Assembly: GCA_964544885.1 (NCBI GenBank)
Contig: CAZJDX010000004.1
Location: 33,407-97,406, forward strand
DNA length: 64,000 bases
From: an uncultured Flavobacteriales bacterium
GTDB taxonomy: Bacteria > Bacteroidota > Bacteroidia > AKYH767-A > 2013-40CM-41-45
Direction of reading: 5' to 3'
The notes under the pieces are model-generated. The model was not told the origin of the DNA. It saw only the letters and a list, made by a program, of their open reading frames with translations, and ran no database searches. The stretch's first letter is position 1, and every line of letters begins with the position of its first letter. This document shows positions 9,775-19,919 of the stretch, piece by piece. A program made the translations under genes and the position numbers.

Positions 9775-10851
9775 ATGTTGAGTATAGCAGGCATAACGGA
9801 ATCAATTCAGGCCTATCTGCATGATAAACTTCCCGCCATATGGGCGCTGCTTGCGCAGTTTGTTCTGGTGGGTGTTTTTGTAATCACCTTGTTCGCCGTC
9901 CTGGGCCTTGTTCTTGTTTTTATGGAAAGGAAAGTTTCGGCCTATATGCAGATCCGTGTCGGACCGAACCGGGTTGGGTTTAAAGGTACTGCGCAAACCC
10001 TCGCCGATACACTGAAATTATTGCTTAAGGAAGGACTTACTCCGGATGGCGCCGATAAGTTCCTTTTTAATCTTGCCCCATTCATTGTCATGATCGGCGC
10101 TATGTTGCTGATGGCCCCTATCCCGTTTGCCAGAGATGTACAGATATGGGATCTGAACATCGGAGTGCTTTATGTGTCAGCGGTTTCATCCGTTGCGGTC
10201 ATAGGAATCCTGATGGCGGGATGGTCAAGTAATAATAAGTATTCCTTGCTTGGCGCCATGAGAAGCGGTGCGCAGATCGTCAGCTATGAACTTTCCGCCG
10301 GACTTTCCATCATCGCCATAGTCATTCTCAGTGGTTCACTGCAAATTTCCGAGATCATCGCTTCGCAGGAGAACGGCTGGTGGATTTTCAAAGGACATAT
10401 TCCGGCGCTCATCGCCTTCGTGATATTCATTATTGCCGTGACAGCAGAGACCAACCGGGCTCCTTTTGATCTGGCTGAGGCCGAATCTGAACTGACCGCA
10501 GGTTTTCATACAGAATATTCAGGAATGCGGTTCGCGCTCTTCTTTCTGGCGGAGTATGTAAATATATTTATTGCCTGTGCCATCGGAGCCACTCTTTTCC
10601 TGGGTGGATGGATGCCCTTTCATATTGGCGGTTGGACCTCCTTCAATACAATCATGGATTATATACCTTCATCACTGTGGTTTATTGGGAAAACATTTTT
10701 TCTCATTTTTATCATCATGTGGTTTCGCTGGACATTTCCAAGGTTGAGGATTGATCAGTTGTTGAATCTGGAATGGAAATATCTGCTGCCCATCAGTCTT
10801 ATTAATGTTCTGATCATGACAATTATAGCAATCCTGGGATGGCATTTCTGA
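9775..10851 (+). CDS. nuoH: NADH-quinone oxidoreductase subunit H. It follows nuoD directly, with no nuoE, nuoF or nuoG between them.
   Basis: 358 aa, about 8 TM helices, conserved ...RVGPNRVG...FDLAEAESEL... motifs. Confidence 0.95.
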   Translation: MLSIAGITESIQAYLHDKLPAIWALLAQFVLVGVFVITLFAVLGLVLVFMERKVSAYMQIRVGPNRVGFKGTAQTLADTLKLLLKEGLTPDGADKFLFNLAPFIVMIGAMLLMAPIPFARDVQIWDLNIGVLYVSAVSSVAVIGILMAGWSSNNKYSLLGAMRSGAQIVSYELSAGLSIIAIVILSGSLQISEIIASQENGWWIFKGHIPALIAFVIFIIAVTAETNRAPFDLAEAESELTAGFHTEYSGMRFALFFLAEYVNIFIACAIGATLFLGGWMPFHIGGWTSFNTIMDYIPSSLWFIGKTFFLIFIIMWFRWTFPRLRIDQLLNLEWKYLLPISLINVLIMTIIAILGWHF

Positions 10852-10872
10852 TTTTAACCCTTATATCATGAT

Positions 10873-11352
10873 ATGAGTTTTCTCCGGAATTATATAAGCA
10901 CTTTGTACAAATCGGTTGTATCACTTCTGAAAGGAATGAGAATGACCGGTTATTATTTTGTGCATCATAAGGAGATCATTACCCAGTCATATCCCGAGAA
11001 TCGTGACAGCCTCAACCTTCCTGAAAGATTCAGAGGAGAAGTGGTGATGCCGCATTCACAACAGAATGAACACCGGTGTACAGGATGTACTGCCTGTGAA
11101 CTCGCATGTCCGAATGGTACCATCAAGATCATCACTAAGTTTGAAGTAAACGCGGAAGGAAAGAGGAAGAAAGCGCTGGATACTTTTGTATATCATCTTG
11201 AGTTATGCACCATGTGTAATTTATGCATTGAAGCATGCCCTACCGACGCTATTAAAATGGCGCAATCATTCGAACACAGTGTGTACGACAGGAGCAAACT
11301 GACCAAGACCCTGAATATGCCAGGGTCGAAACTGATGGAGGGGGTAGAATAA
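10873..11352 (+). CDS. nuoI: NADH-quinone oxidoreductase subunit I (2x[4Fe-4S]).
   Basis: Two ferredoxin motifs: CTGCTACELACP and CTMCNLCIEACP. Confidence 0.9.
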   Translation: MSFLRNYISTLYKSVVSLLKGMRMTGYYFVHHKEIITQSYPENRDSLNLPERFRGEVVMPHSQQNEHRCTGCTACELACPNGTIKIITKFEVNAEGKRKKALDTFVYHLELCTMCNLCIEACPTDAIKMAQSFEHSVYDRSKLTKTLNMPGSKLMEGVE

Positions 11353-11867
11353 TGAGTGCATCTGTGATTATTTTTTATTGTATCGCTGCTCTGATCCTCG
11401 GAGGAGGTATCCTTGCCGTAACAACCAGGAAAATTTTCAGGGCGGCCATCTATCTGCTCTTCTCACTTACCGGAATAGCGGGTCTGTATTTCTGGATGGA
11501 ATATGAATTCCTTGCGGCTGTTCAGATCATCGTCTATGTAGGTGGAATTGTTGTTCTGATCATTTTCTCCATTTTTCTTACGCATACAAGCGGTATGGAT
11601 ATGCCACCCGCATTACAGAGCCGGAAGTTGTTTGCATCATTGGCTGTGATCAGCGGCTTTCTTCTTGTCATGAATCAGGTCTTATCCAACAAGTTTAAAC
11701 CTTCAGGTCTTAGTCCGCTTGAACCCGGCGTGAAAGCCATTGGCCATGCCATGCTAAGTACCGGAGAAGGTGGTTTCGCCTTACCGTTTGAAGTAGTCAG
11801 TATACTGTTGTTATCGGCCATGATCGGCTGTATAGTCATTGCTATTAAAAATCCCGCTAAATCATGA
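11352..11867 (+). CDS. nuoJ: NADH-quinone oxidoreductase subunit J.
   Basis: 171 aa polytopic membrane protein in the conserved operon position. It overlaps nuoK by 4 bp. Confidence 0.85.
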   Translation: MSASVIIFYCIAALILGGGILAVTTRKIFRAAIYLLFSLTGIAGLYFWMEYEFLAAVQIIVYVGGIVVLIIFSIFLTHTSGMDMPPALQSRKLFASLAVISGFLLVMNQVLSNKFKPSGLSPLEPGVKAIGHAMLSTGEGGFALPFEVVSILLLSAMIGCIVIAIKNPAKS

Positions 11868-12178
11868 ATTCAGTCGGACTGGAACATATCCTGATCGTAA
11901 GCACTGCCTTGTTTTTTACAGGTGTCTATGGTTTTCTGACCCGGCGTAACCTGGTTACTTTGCTCATGTCGGTTGAACTGATTCTGAATAGTGTGAATAT
12001 CAATTTTGTCGCTTTTAACAAATATGTTTACCCTGAAAGCCTGAATGGATTATTCTTCAGCATATTCATAATAGCCATTGCAGCCGCTGAGGCAGCCGTG
12101 GCCATAGCTATTATAATTAACCTCTACCGTAGTCATCAGTCGATCGATGTGGAAGACTCTGACTCCCTGCGTTACTGA
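11864..12178 (+). CDS. nuoK: NADH-quinone oxidoreductase subunit K.
   Basis: 104 aa, 3 TM helices, in the conserved position. Confidence 0.85.
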   Translation: MNSVGLEHILIVSTALFFTGVYGFLTRRNLVTLLMSVELILNSVNINFVAFNKYVYPESLNGLFFSIFIIAIAAAEAAVAIAIIINLYRSHQSIDVEDSDSLRY

Positions 12179-12217
12179 TCACTTGAAAAATATCGATTAA
12201 TCAGAAATGATGTTACA

Positions 12218-14143
12218 ATGATTGAATCCGGACCGATCCTCTTACTGCTGTTACTTCCTTTCCTCAGTTTTGTATTGACAGGATTGTTTGGTAGGCGTTT
12301 CCCCGGATTTCTAGCCGGGATATTTGCCACCCTGTCCGTTTCCGCGTCTTTTATCCTGAGTTGTTTTTCGGCCTGGACTTATTTTTTCAGGTTTGGAAAA
12401 GTAGCCGGTGTATATGAAACACTCATTCCTTTCCAGGTGACCTGGCTTCAGTTCTCGGATAATTTTTCCATCAACATGGGAATATTGGCTGATCCGATCT
12501 CTATGATGATGATTGTCGTTGTGACATTGATCTCAACAATGGTTCATATTTTCAGTCTGTCTTATATGAAAGGGGAGGAGCGTTATGCAACCTATTTTTC
12601 TTTCCTTTCCCTGTTCACCTTTTCCATGCTCGGTCTTGTGATCTCCTCAAATATATTCCAGACCTATATTTTCTGGGAGCTTGTAGGCGTTTCTTCTTTT
12701 CTGCTCATTGGCTACTATTACCAGAAGCCATCGGCGGTGGCGGCCAGCAAAAAGGCCTTCATCGTTACACGTTTTGCCGATCTTGGATTCCTGATTGGCA
12801 TACTCATATTATCGTATTATTCAGAGACCTTTGATTTCATTCCGCTCACAGAAAGACTTGTACCTGCAGATTCAACCTATGCGCAGGCGGCTTCAGCTGC
12901 CGGATTTCTTGGGGTTTCAGCACTGACCTGGGGATTGGTGCTGATCTTTGTCGGTGGTGCAGGTAAGTCGGCCATGTTTCCTTTACACATATGGTTGCCG
13001 GATGCGATGGAGGGACCCACACCGGTATCGGCTCTGATCCACGCGGCTACAATGGTTGTCGCCGGTGTATACCTGGTTGCCAGACTTTTCCCCGTTTTTT
13101 CACTTACGTGCCCTGCTGCATTGGATGTGGTTGTCTGGACGGGGATAATTTCCGCTATTATCGCGGCGCTTATCGCCTGCACCCAGACGGATATAAAGAG
13201 GGTGCTGGCTTATTCAACCATGTCGCAGATCGGTTTCATGATGTTCTCACTGGGAGTATCAGAATATGGCGGTATGGCAGGCACCGGTTTTACCGCTTCC
13301 ATGTTTCATCTGTTCACGCATGCCATGTTCAAGGCTTTATTATTCCTCGCAGCCGGAGTTATCATACATCACGTACATAGCAATGAGCTGAAGGATATGG
13401 GAGGATTAAGAAAATCACTGCCGCTTACAGGCATCCTGTTTCTTATCGCTTGTATGGCTATTGCCGGCATACCGCCACTTTCAGGATTTTTCAGTAAGGA
13501 GCAGATTCTCCTGGCAGCATATCAGTCTGATAAGACAATTTATTTTCTTGCCTTGCTTACAGCCGGACTGACCGCATTCTATATGTTCAGGTTGTATTTT
13601 TTGATATTCTGGAACAAAGGTCATGAGCATAACCGGGAAAAGGTATCTCCCTTGATGATGTTTCCGCTCTTTATACTGGGAGTTCTCACGATCCTCAGCG
13701 GATTCATTCCGTTTGGAACATTCGTCAGCAGTGACGGGCATGAACTGGCCGGTGAATTTCATCTTGACTTTGCCATCATGCCGGTGCTGATCTCGCTGGC
13801 CGGGATCATTGCCGCCGCGATATTTTTCAGGAAGCCATCTGTGTACAGCGATAAAGTGGTCCAAGGTCTTGGACGGCTGTATGATCTTATTTACAGAAAG
13901 TTCTACATTGATGAGATCTACCTCTTCGTCACCAAAAAAATATTGTTTAAATATGTTTCAGCCCCTGCTGCCTGGATAGATAAGAATATTGTAGATGGAA
14001 TCTGGAACACAAGCGCCGCTGCGGCGCAGGTATTTTCCCTTTCCACAGGTGGATTGCAGAGCGGTAAACTCCAGCACTATGCATTTTATTTCCTTTCAGG
14101 AGCCATCATTCTGGCTGCTGTAATGATCTATCTTGTCTCATGA
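12218..14143 (+). CDS. nuoL: NADH-quinone oxidoreductase subunit L.
   Basis: 641 aa antiporter-like subunit with a long C-terminal amphipathic helix region. Confidence 0.95.
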   Translation: MIESGPILLLLLLPFLSFVLTGLFGRRFPGFLAGIFATLSVSASFILSCFSAWTYFFRFGKVAGVYETLIPFQVTWLQFSDNFSINMGILADPISMMMIVVVTLISTMVHIFSLSYMKGEERYATYFSFLSLFTFSMLGLVISSNIFQTYIFWELVGVSSFLLIGYYYQKPSAVAASKKAFIVTRFADLGFLIGILILSYYSETFDFIPLTERLVPADSTYAQAASAAGFLGVSALTWGLVLIFVGGAGKSAMFPLHIWLPDAMEGPTPVSALIHAATMVVAGVYLVARLFPVFSLTCPAALDVVVWTGIISAIIAALIACTQTDIKRVLAYSTMSQIGFMMFSLGVSEYGGMAGTGFTASMFHLFTHAMFKALLFLAAGVIIHHVHSNELKDMGGLRKSLPLTGILFLIACMAIAGIPPLSGFFSKEQILLAAYQSDKTIYFLALLTAGLTAFYMFRLYFLIFWNKGHEHNREKVSPLMMFPLFILGVLTILSGFIPFGTFVSSDGHELAGEFHLDFAIMPVLISLAGIIAAAIFFRKPSVYSDKVVQGLGRLYDLIYRKFYIDEIYLFVTKKILFKYVSAPAAWIDKNIVDGIWNTSAAAAQVFSLSTGGLQSGKLQHYAFYFLSGAIILAAVMIYLVS

Positions 14144-15650
14144 AGAATATAATATGAATCTGAGTTATCTCATCTTACTGCCACTCATCACCTGCCTGCT
14201 GATTCTTCTCGCGGGCAGGAATTTATCCAGAAGCATTGCGCTTGGCGGATCGGTCATGCAGCTTTTGTTATGTTTCGGTCTGCTGAGCGGGTATATGAAA
14301 TCTATAAAACTTCCGGCTCCATCCGGTTTTTTTGCAGAACAAAATTCTTCCTGGTTTCCGGCGCTGAACATTCATTATCATATTGGTGTGGATGGAATTT
14401 CCGTGGCCATGATCCTCCTCACTGCCGTGATCGTTTTTGCCGGTATACTGACTTCGTGGAACATGGATCACATGAAGAAAGAGTTTTTCTTCCTGCTTAC
14501 CATGCTCGGCGCGGGTGCATATGGTTTTTTTATTTCACTCGATCTGTTTCTCATGTTCTTTTTTCTCGAAGTAGCCGTCATCCCCAAGTACATGCTGATC
14601 GGGATCTGGGGGAGTGGGAAAAGGATTTATAGCGCGAATAAACTCGCCTTGATGCTGATGGCGGGTTCCGCATTGGTATTCGTCGGTTTGTTGGGAATAT
14701 ATTTTGCGGGCGGAAGTACAGGAGCAGGTTTTGATCTCACACGGATTTCTGCCTCTGTGATTCCTATAGAAGTGCAGATGTATTTCTTTCCTTTTCTGTT
14801 TGCCGGCTTTGGTGTCTTTACCGCTTTATTCCCGTTCCATACCTGGGTGCCGGATGGACACTCTTCGGCTCCAACGGCGGCTTCCATGTTCCTTGCCGGA
14901 ATCTCCATGAAGCTCGGTGGTTACGGTTGTCTACGCGTCGCCGCCTATCTGATGCCTGAAGCGGCAGCTGAGTATTCCTGGATCATCATTTTGCTTTCCT
15001 CCATCGCGGTGATATACGGCGCATTTGCTACGATGATGCAAACGGACCTCAAGTATATGAACGCATATTCGTCCGTGAGTCACTGTGGTTTTGTGTTGTT
15101 GGGAATCGGTATGCTCACGCCCACTGCGATAACCGGAGCCGTGCTCCAGATGGTTTCCCACGGACTTATGACAGCACTCTTCTTTGCTGCCATCGGTATG
15201 CTCTATGAGCGTACGCATACCCGGGAAGTATCAAAGTTGGGAGGATTGCTGAAAGTAATGCCTTTTATCAGTTCGGTATTTGTAATCTCTGGTCTTTGTT
15301 CACTCGGGCTACCCGGATTCAGTGGTTTTGTGGCAGAGATGACCATTTTTGTCGGTTCCTGGGAAAGAGCTGAAACATTTTACCGAGTCGCTACGATCCT
15401 GGCTTGTATGTCGATTGTTGTAACGGCTGTGTATATACTCAGAGCGACCGGAAGATCCATTATGGGACCTGTAAGGAATACCGAGTTCAATCAGCTTAAA
15501 GATGCTGCCTGGAATGAGAAGCTGGCCGGAGTGGTTCTGATTGCCGGCATTCTTGCTATGGGCATCGCTCCTTTCTGGCTAAATGATCTGATCGGACCGG
15601 GTGCAACGCAAATAGCGGAGAGATTCAGGGAAATAACCATGTCAAAGTAA
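14133..15650 (+). CDS. nuoM: NADH-quinone oxidoreductase subunit M.
   Basis: 505 aa antiporter-like subunit. The start may instead be the MNLSYL Met at about 14154. Confidence 0.9.
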   Translation: MSHEEYNMNLSYLILLPLITCLLILLAGRNLSRSIALGGSVMQLLLCFGLLSGYMKSIKLPAPSGFFAEQNSSWFPALNIHYHIGVDGISVAMILLTAVIVFAGILTSWNMDHMKKEFFFLLTMLGAGAYGFFISLDLFLMFFFLEVAVIPKYMLIGIWGSGKRIYSANKLALMLMAGSALVFVGLLGIYFAGGSTGAGFDLTRISASVIPIEVQMYFFPFLFAGFGVFTALFPFHTWVPDGHSSAPTAASMFLAGISMKLGGYGCLRVAAYLMPEAAAEYSWIIILLSSIAVIYGAFATMMQTDLKYMNAYSSVSHCGFVLLGIGMLTPTAITGAVLQMVSHGLMTALFFAAIGMLYERTHTREVSKLGGLLKVMPFISSVFVISGLCSLGLPGFSGFVAEMTIFVGSWERAETFYRVATILACMSIVVTAVYILRATGRSIMGPVRNTEFNQLKDAAWNEKLAGVVLIAGILAMGIAPFWLNDLIGPGATQIAERFREITMSK

Positions 15651-15657
15651 TGAGAAT

Positions 15658-17070
15658 ATGAGTGAAATGGTTGTATTGTTGAAACATGAATGGGCATTGA
15701 TCGCCATGTTGGTGGTATTGCTGATACTGAAGATCAGAACAACTGATATCAGTAATTCAGTCATATCCGCTTTGATGACTTTCTTTCTTGGTCTTAATTT
15801 CTTTCTTGGTTGGTTCTTCAACTCAGAGGGGTCGCTTTTCGATTCCATGTTTATCAGCAATAACCTGATCGTGTTTCAGAAGAATATTTTAAATCTCGGG
15901 ATTTTGATCATTCACCTCCAGTCATTCGACTGGTTACAAAAGCATAAACATTTGCCGGAGTTTTATATGCTCCTTATAAGTTCATTCCTGGGAATGTTCC
16001 TGATGTTATCGTCGGGTAATTTCCTGATGTTTTACCTGGCGCTTGAACTTTCTACGATTCCTCTTGCCGCCTTGTGTAATTTTGACCTTGAGAAAAGAGC
16101 ATCCGGCGAAGCTGCGATGAAAATGATTCTCAGTTCTGCATTTGCCTCCGGTATCCTGTTGTTCGGGATCTCATTATTATATGGTACGACAGGAACATTC
16201 AATTTTCTGGAGATGGCATCAGTACTCAGCGGAACTTCACTGCAGATACTCGCCTTCATTTTTGTTTTTGCCGGATTTGCCTTCAAACTTTCCGCAGTGC
16301 CATTTCATTTTTGGACCGCCGACGTGTATGAAGGTTCACCTGTAGCCGTGACTTCTTATCTGTCTGTAATTTCGAAAGGAGCAGTCGTCTTTGTGTTTTC
16401 CGGTATATTATATTCTGTGTTCAGCAGTATGGGGGATATCTGGTACCATGTGTTGGTCATTACGGCGGTTCTCACCATGACCGTCGGGAATCTGTTTGCA
16501 CTCCGGCAGAGCAATATGAAACGCTTCCTTGCTTTTTCATCCATTGCCCAGGTTGCCTATATACTTATCGGTATTTCAGGTTCCAGTGAGCATGGAATGA
16601 GCTCTTCGGTTTATTTTGTGATCATCTACATGTTTTCCAATCTTGGAGCATTTGGAGTTGTATCTCTTATATCTGCCAGGACGGGAAGGGAAAGTATCCA
16701 GGACCTGAACGGTCTGTACAAAACAAACAAAACCTTGAGCTGGTTGCTTGCCATTTCTCTATTCTCACTTGCGGGTATTCCGCCAACAGCCGGTTTTTTT
16801 GGAAAATTATTTTTGTTGAGCGCCGGTGCCGCTAAATCAAACTGGCCACTGATTATTTTCGCCTCGCTGAACATGGTAGTATCCCTGTACTATTACCTCA
16901 GGGTTATAAGAGCCGTATTCATGGAGTCAAATGAGAACGGCCTCCCTGAACAGGCTCTGGGAAATAGTGCAAGAACAGCTATGCTAATATGCCTTGCTGG
17001 AATTATTATAATTGGATTCGCAGGTGGCTTTTATGAGCATATCTATTCACTGAGTTTCGGACTTAGGTAA
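15658..17070 (+). CDS. nuoN: NADH-quinone oxidoreductase subunit N.
   Basis: 470 aa antiporter-like subunit, last gene of the operon. Confidence 0.9.
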   Translation: MSEMVVLLKHEWALIAMLVVLLILKIRTTDISNSVISALMTFFLGLNFFLGWFFNSEGSLFDSMFISNNLIVFQKNILNLGILIIHLQSFDWLQKHKHLPEFYMLLISSFLGMFLMLSSGNFLMFYLALELSTIPLAALCNFDLEKRASGEAAMKMILSSAFASGILLFGISLLYGTTGTFNFLEMASVLSGTSLQILAFIFVFAGFAFKLSAVPFHFWTADVYEGSPVAVTSYLSVISKGAVVFVFSGILYSVFSSMGDIWYHVLVITAVLTMTVGNLFALRQSNMKRFLAFSSIAQVAYILIGISGSSEHGMSSSVYFVIIYMFSNLGAFGVVSLISARTGRESIQDLNGLYKTNKTLSWLLAISLFSLAGIPPTAGFFGKLFLLSAGAAKSNWPLIIFASLNMVVSLYYYLRVIRAVFMESNENGLPEQALGNSARTAMLICLAGIIIIGFAGGFYEHIYSLSFGLR

Positions 17071-17100
17071 TTATAACAAATTATAATCCACAGGAATTAA

Positions 17101-17463
17101 ATGGCAATCAACCAGAATCATTTGTTCGATGACCTTGACGGTAAGAAGTGCGCAATCGTTGAAAAGGGCATTACCGGGGAAAGGGTGGAATTCCTGACAA
17201 AGCTCCTGCAGCATAATGGTTTTACTGTGGTTGTGGTACCTGCTGCCGCGCCCAGGGTTGCTGCCGATCAGGATACTTCCGAATCCGCTCAGACGCCTGA
17301 ATTATTTAACCTCGGTGTTACTGATGTCCGGTTCAATGTTATCAATGCCATTTACGGAAGACTTTTACGCAGCCACGATGGAAGGGTGGTGACCATGGAT
17401 TACTGGACGCGGAAAAATCCGGTTTCTGACGATTCCATTCCATACTTTTCAAAAGGACAATGA
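17101..17463 (+). CDS. Hypothetical soluble protein, co-directional and 30 bp downstream of nuoN.
   Basis: 120 aa, no TM helix and no recognisable motif. Tight same-strand spacing suggests co-transcription with nuo. Confidence 0.5.
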   Translation: MAINQNHLFDDLDGKKCAIVEKGITGERVEFLTKLLQHNGFTVVVVPAAAPRVAADQDTSESAQTPELFNLGVTDVRFNVINAIYGRLLRSHDGRVVTMDYWTRKNPVSDDSIPYFSKGQ

Positions 17464-17464
17464 T

Positions 17465-17486
17465 TCATTCAGGTCATGGTGAATGA
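17465..17486. terminator. Short hairpin between convergent genes, a weak bidirectional terminator candidate.
   Basis: TCATTCA (17465-17471), 8-nt loop, TGAATGA (17480-17486). The stem is AT-rich and there is no U-tract. Confidence 0.2.
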
Positions 17487-17489
17487 GTA

Positions 17490-18905
17490 TCAGCTTTGAT
17501 GTTGCAATGCAGTTTGCTGCATTGCCGGATTTAGAGCCTCTTCCTGAAATCCTTTGTGAGGTAATGAAAAATAAAAAGTTGCTCCGATTCCCGGTTGGCC
17601 TTCACCCCATACATTCCCTCCATGCCTTTCAACAATCCTTTTTACAATACTCAGTCCAACTCCGGTTCCAGAAAATTCAGACTCATGATGCAGGCGACTG
17701 AATACATTGAAAAGTTTTTTATAATAGGTCATGTCAAAGCCGGCACCGTTATCCCTGACAAAATACACCTGCTCATTATTTTTAAAATAACTTCCTATCC
17801 GTATCTGTGGGTTAGGTTTTGCTGAGGAATATTTCAGCGCATTGTTTATGAGATTTACCCATACCTGATTGATCAGTTTTTTATCACCGAAAGCATCATT
17901 CAGGTTGTCCACTTGTACAGAAGTCTTATTTTCCGGGTCATTGCTGAGATTTTCTTCCAGGATATGGTCGACAAGTTGCCTCATACTCACCTGTTCAACG
18001 GTGATATCCTGTCTGCCCACCCTGGCAAATTCGAGAAGGTCTTCAACCAGCTGCTGTATTTTATTTGAGTTCCTGATGATCCTTGTCAATATCTGCTTAG
18101 CCTCTTCCGGCATACCCTCCCCGAATTCACTTTGCAGAATGTCTGCAAGGGTAGAGATTCCCCTGAGTGGCGACCTCAAATCATGTGAGACAGAATGATT
18201 GAAGGCGTCAAGTTCCTGATTTGCTGTTTCCAGTTCCATCAGTTTTGACTCAAGTGTTGAATTCAGGGATTTAATCTCCTCTTCCTGTTTGACTCTTTGA
18301 TCGATGTCCCTGATAACTCCGTGAAAACCTTCCACCCGTTCATTCTTCATTCTCAACATGACCGTTTGTTCGATCCATCTCGGATTACCTTGTTTGTCGA
18401 TAATCTGAAGATCCCGGATGGTTTCCGGTATTTTCTTATCAAACTGTATTCGGTAGAATTCCTGTACTGTCAGAAGCATGGAAGGATTGATCAGCGTGGT
18501 GAAATGTTTGCCGCTCAACTCCTCCGGCTTAAATCCGTAATTCGTTTCGACACGTTTATTGAAATAGGTGAAATTCCCTTTATAGTCGGTGATATAAATA
18601 ACCTCGGCGGCATCCTCGATCAGACTTTTATACATACTGCCGGTATCACTTCTGCCTGTGGCCATGGAATTAACCCGGTATGCCACGAATATCCCTGTGA
18701 AAAACAGGATCAAGGGTATCAGATCAATGATTTGCAGCAGCGGATCCTGAAGATGGAGCGTAAGGACCCTGGAAAGGCTGAAATTGGTATCTGACGGAGT
18801 CCGGATCAGTGTTGCCGCAAGAGGGAAGACCAGGCCGGCAAGAAATCCTGACAGACCATAGTAGAAAGCGAGCTTACCCGGATTGGATTTCTTATATCCG
18901 GACAT
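17490..18905 (-). CDS. Membrane-anchored PAS-domain sensor histidine kinase.
   Basis: Two N-terminal TM helices, a PAS-like region, a coiled coil, the H-box HSVSHDLRSPL, and the ATPase G-boxes DNGAGF and GTGVGLSIV. Confidence 0.9.
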   Translation of the reverse strand: MSGYKKSNPGKLAFYYGLSGFLAGLVFPLAATLIRTPSDTNFSLSRVLTLHLQDPLLQIIDLIPLILFFTGIFVAYRVNSMATGRSDTGSMYKSLIEDAAEVIYITDYKGNFTYFNKRVETNYGFKPEELSGKHFTTLINPSMLLTVQEFYRIQFDKKIPETIRDLQIIDKQGNPRWIEQTVMLRMKNERVEGFHGVIRDIDQRVKQEEEIKSLNSTLESKLMELETANQELDAFNHSVSHDLRSPLRGISTLADILQSEFGEGMPEEAKQILTRIIRNSNKIQQLVEDLLEFARVGRQDITVEQVSMRQLVDHILEENLSNDPENKTSVQVDNLNDAFGDKKLINQVWVNLINNALKYSSAKPNPQIRIGSYFKNNEQVYFVRDNGAGFDMTYYKKLFNVFSRLHHESEFSGTGVGLSIVKRIVERHGGNVWGEGQPGIGATFYFSLPHKGFQEEALNPAMQQTALQHQS

Positions 18906-19088
18906 CTTGGTAGAACATTACAATCCGTCTGATGAATGACATGAGAACAGTTTCATTTTCCCGTGCCCGGCCAGGTCAATCATTACCCTTCCTGTCGCAG
19001 AGGAATTTCGGATAGTGCTGTAGGACCTGGCTTATGAGCAATGCTACCTTTTCACAATAGCCGGGATTAAATCCTGTTTACAGAAAAA

Positions 19089-19523
19089 TTACGGGTAGGT
19101 TTCGGAGATCTCGTTTTTTAATTCGATGAGCTGTTCCCTGTTCAGGGGTTTTGACATGAAGCTGTGGATGTAATTATTGCCTTCGCCCCTTGAAATATCT
19201 TTGGGATCCATTGTGGATGAGAGCATGATAACCTTGCAGAACTGGTGGATAGTCTTTGGTAATTTTTCGTATTGTTCAATGAAATCAAAGCCATCCATCG
19301 CCGGCATATGAATGTCAAGAAAGATCAGCTTTGGTAAGAGCGGATAGTTCTTGTGGTTTTCCAGCAGGAATTCAAGCGCTTTTGCTGCGGTATTGAATTC
19401 AATGATGTCAGTTGCAAATTGTGAAGAGATCAGAATTTTCTTACTGATGAATACATCTACTTCGGTATCATCTATCAGCATAATGCGGGGCTGAACAGGA
19501 TATCCGTCAGAATTGATTTTCAT
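19089..19523 (-). CDS. Single-domain response regulator (CheY-like receiver).
   Basis: 144 aa: IMLIDDTEVD...LDIHMPAMDGFDF...SSTMDP. No output domain. Confidence 0.85.
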   Translation of the reverse strand: MKINSDGYPVQPRIMLIDDTEVDVFISKKILISSQFATDIIEFNTAAKALEFLLENHKNYPLLPKLIFLDIHMPAMDGFDFIEQYEKLPKTIHQFCKVIMLSSTMDPKDISRGEGNNYIHSFMSKPLNREQLIELKNEISETYP

Positions 19524-19529
19524 GCTTAA

Positions 19530-19919
19530 TTAAGATTTAATAAGAAATTTAGAGTGAATACTGTTTATTACTTCCGCAACCTTGTCAATGTCGGTTGTTT
19601 TATTGAGGAATTTATCGGCGCCGAGTTCAAGACAGGTCTTACGGTATTTATCGTCTGAATGATTGGTAAGCATAATTACCTTGCAATCCCGTTTTGCATC
19701 TTTGATATGTTTAAGAACATCAATGCCGCTGATACCTGGCATTTTTATGTCAAGAATGACCAGTCTGGGATCGATCAGTTGAAGAAGAGTAATGGCCTCT
19801 TCTCCATTTTTTGCATGTGCAATTGATTCAATGAAATCAATTTCCGCCATTACCGGATATAGTCGCTGTACAATTACAGAGGAATCTTCAACAATCAGGA
19901 CTTTGATCTTATTTTTCAT
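19530..19919 (-). CDS. Single-domain response regulator (CheY-like receiver).
   Basis: 129 aa: KVLIVEDSSV...LDIKMPGISGIDV...IMLTNH. No output domain. It lies 6 bp upstream of the previous receiver. Confidence 0.85.
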   Translation of the reverse strand: MKNKIKVLIVEDSSVIVQRLYPVMAEIDFIESIAHAKNGEEAITLLQLIDPRLVILDIKMPGISGIDVLKHIKDAKRDCKVIMLTNHSDDKYRKTCLELGADKFLNKTTDIDKVAEVINSIHSKFLIKS

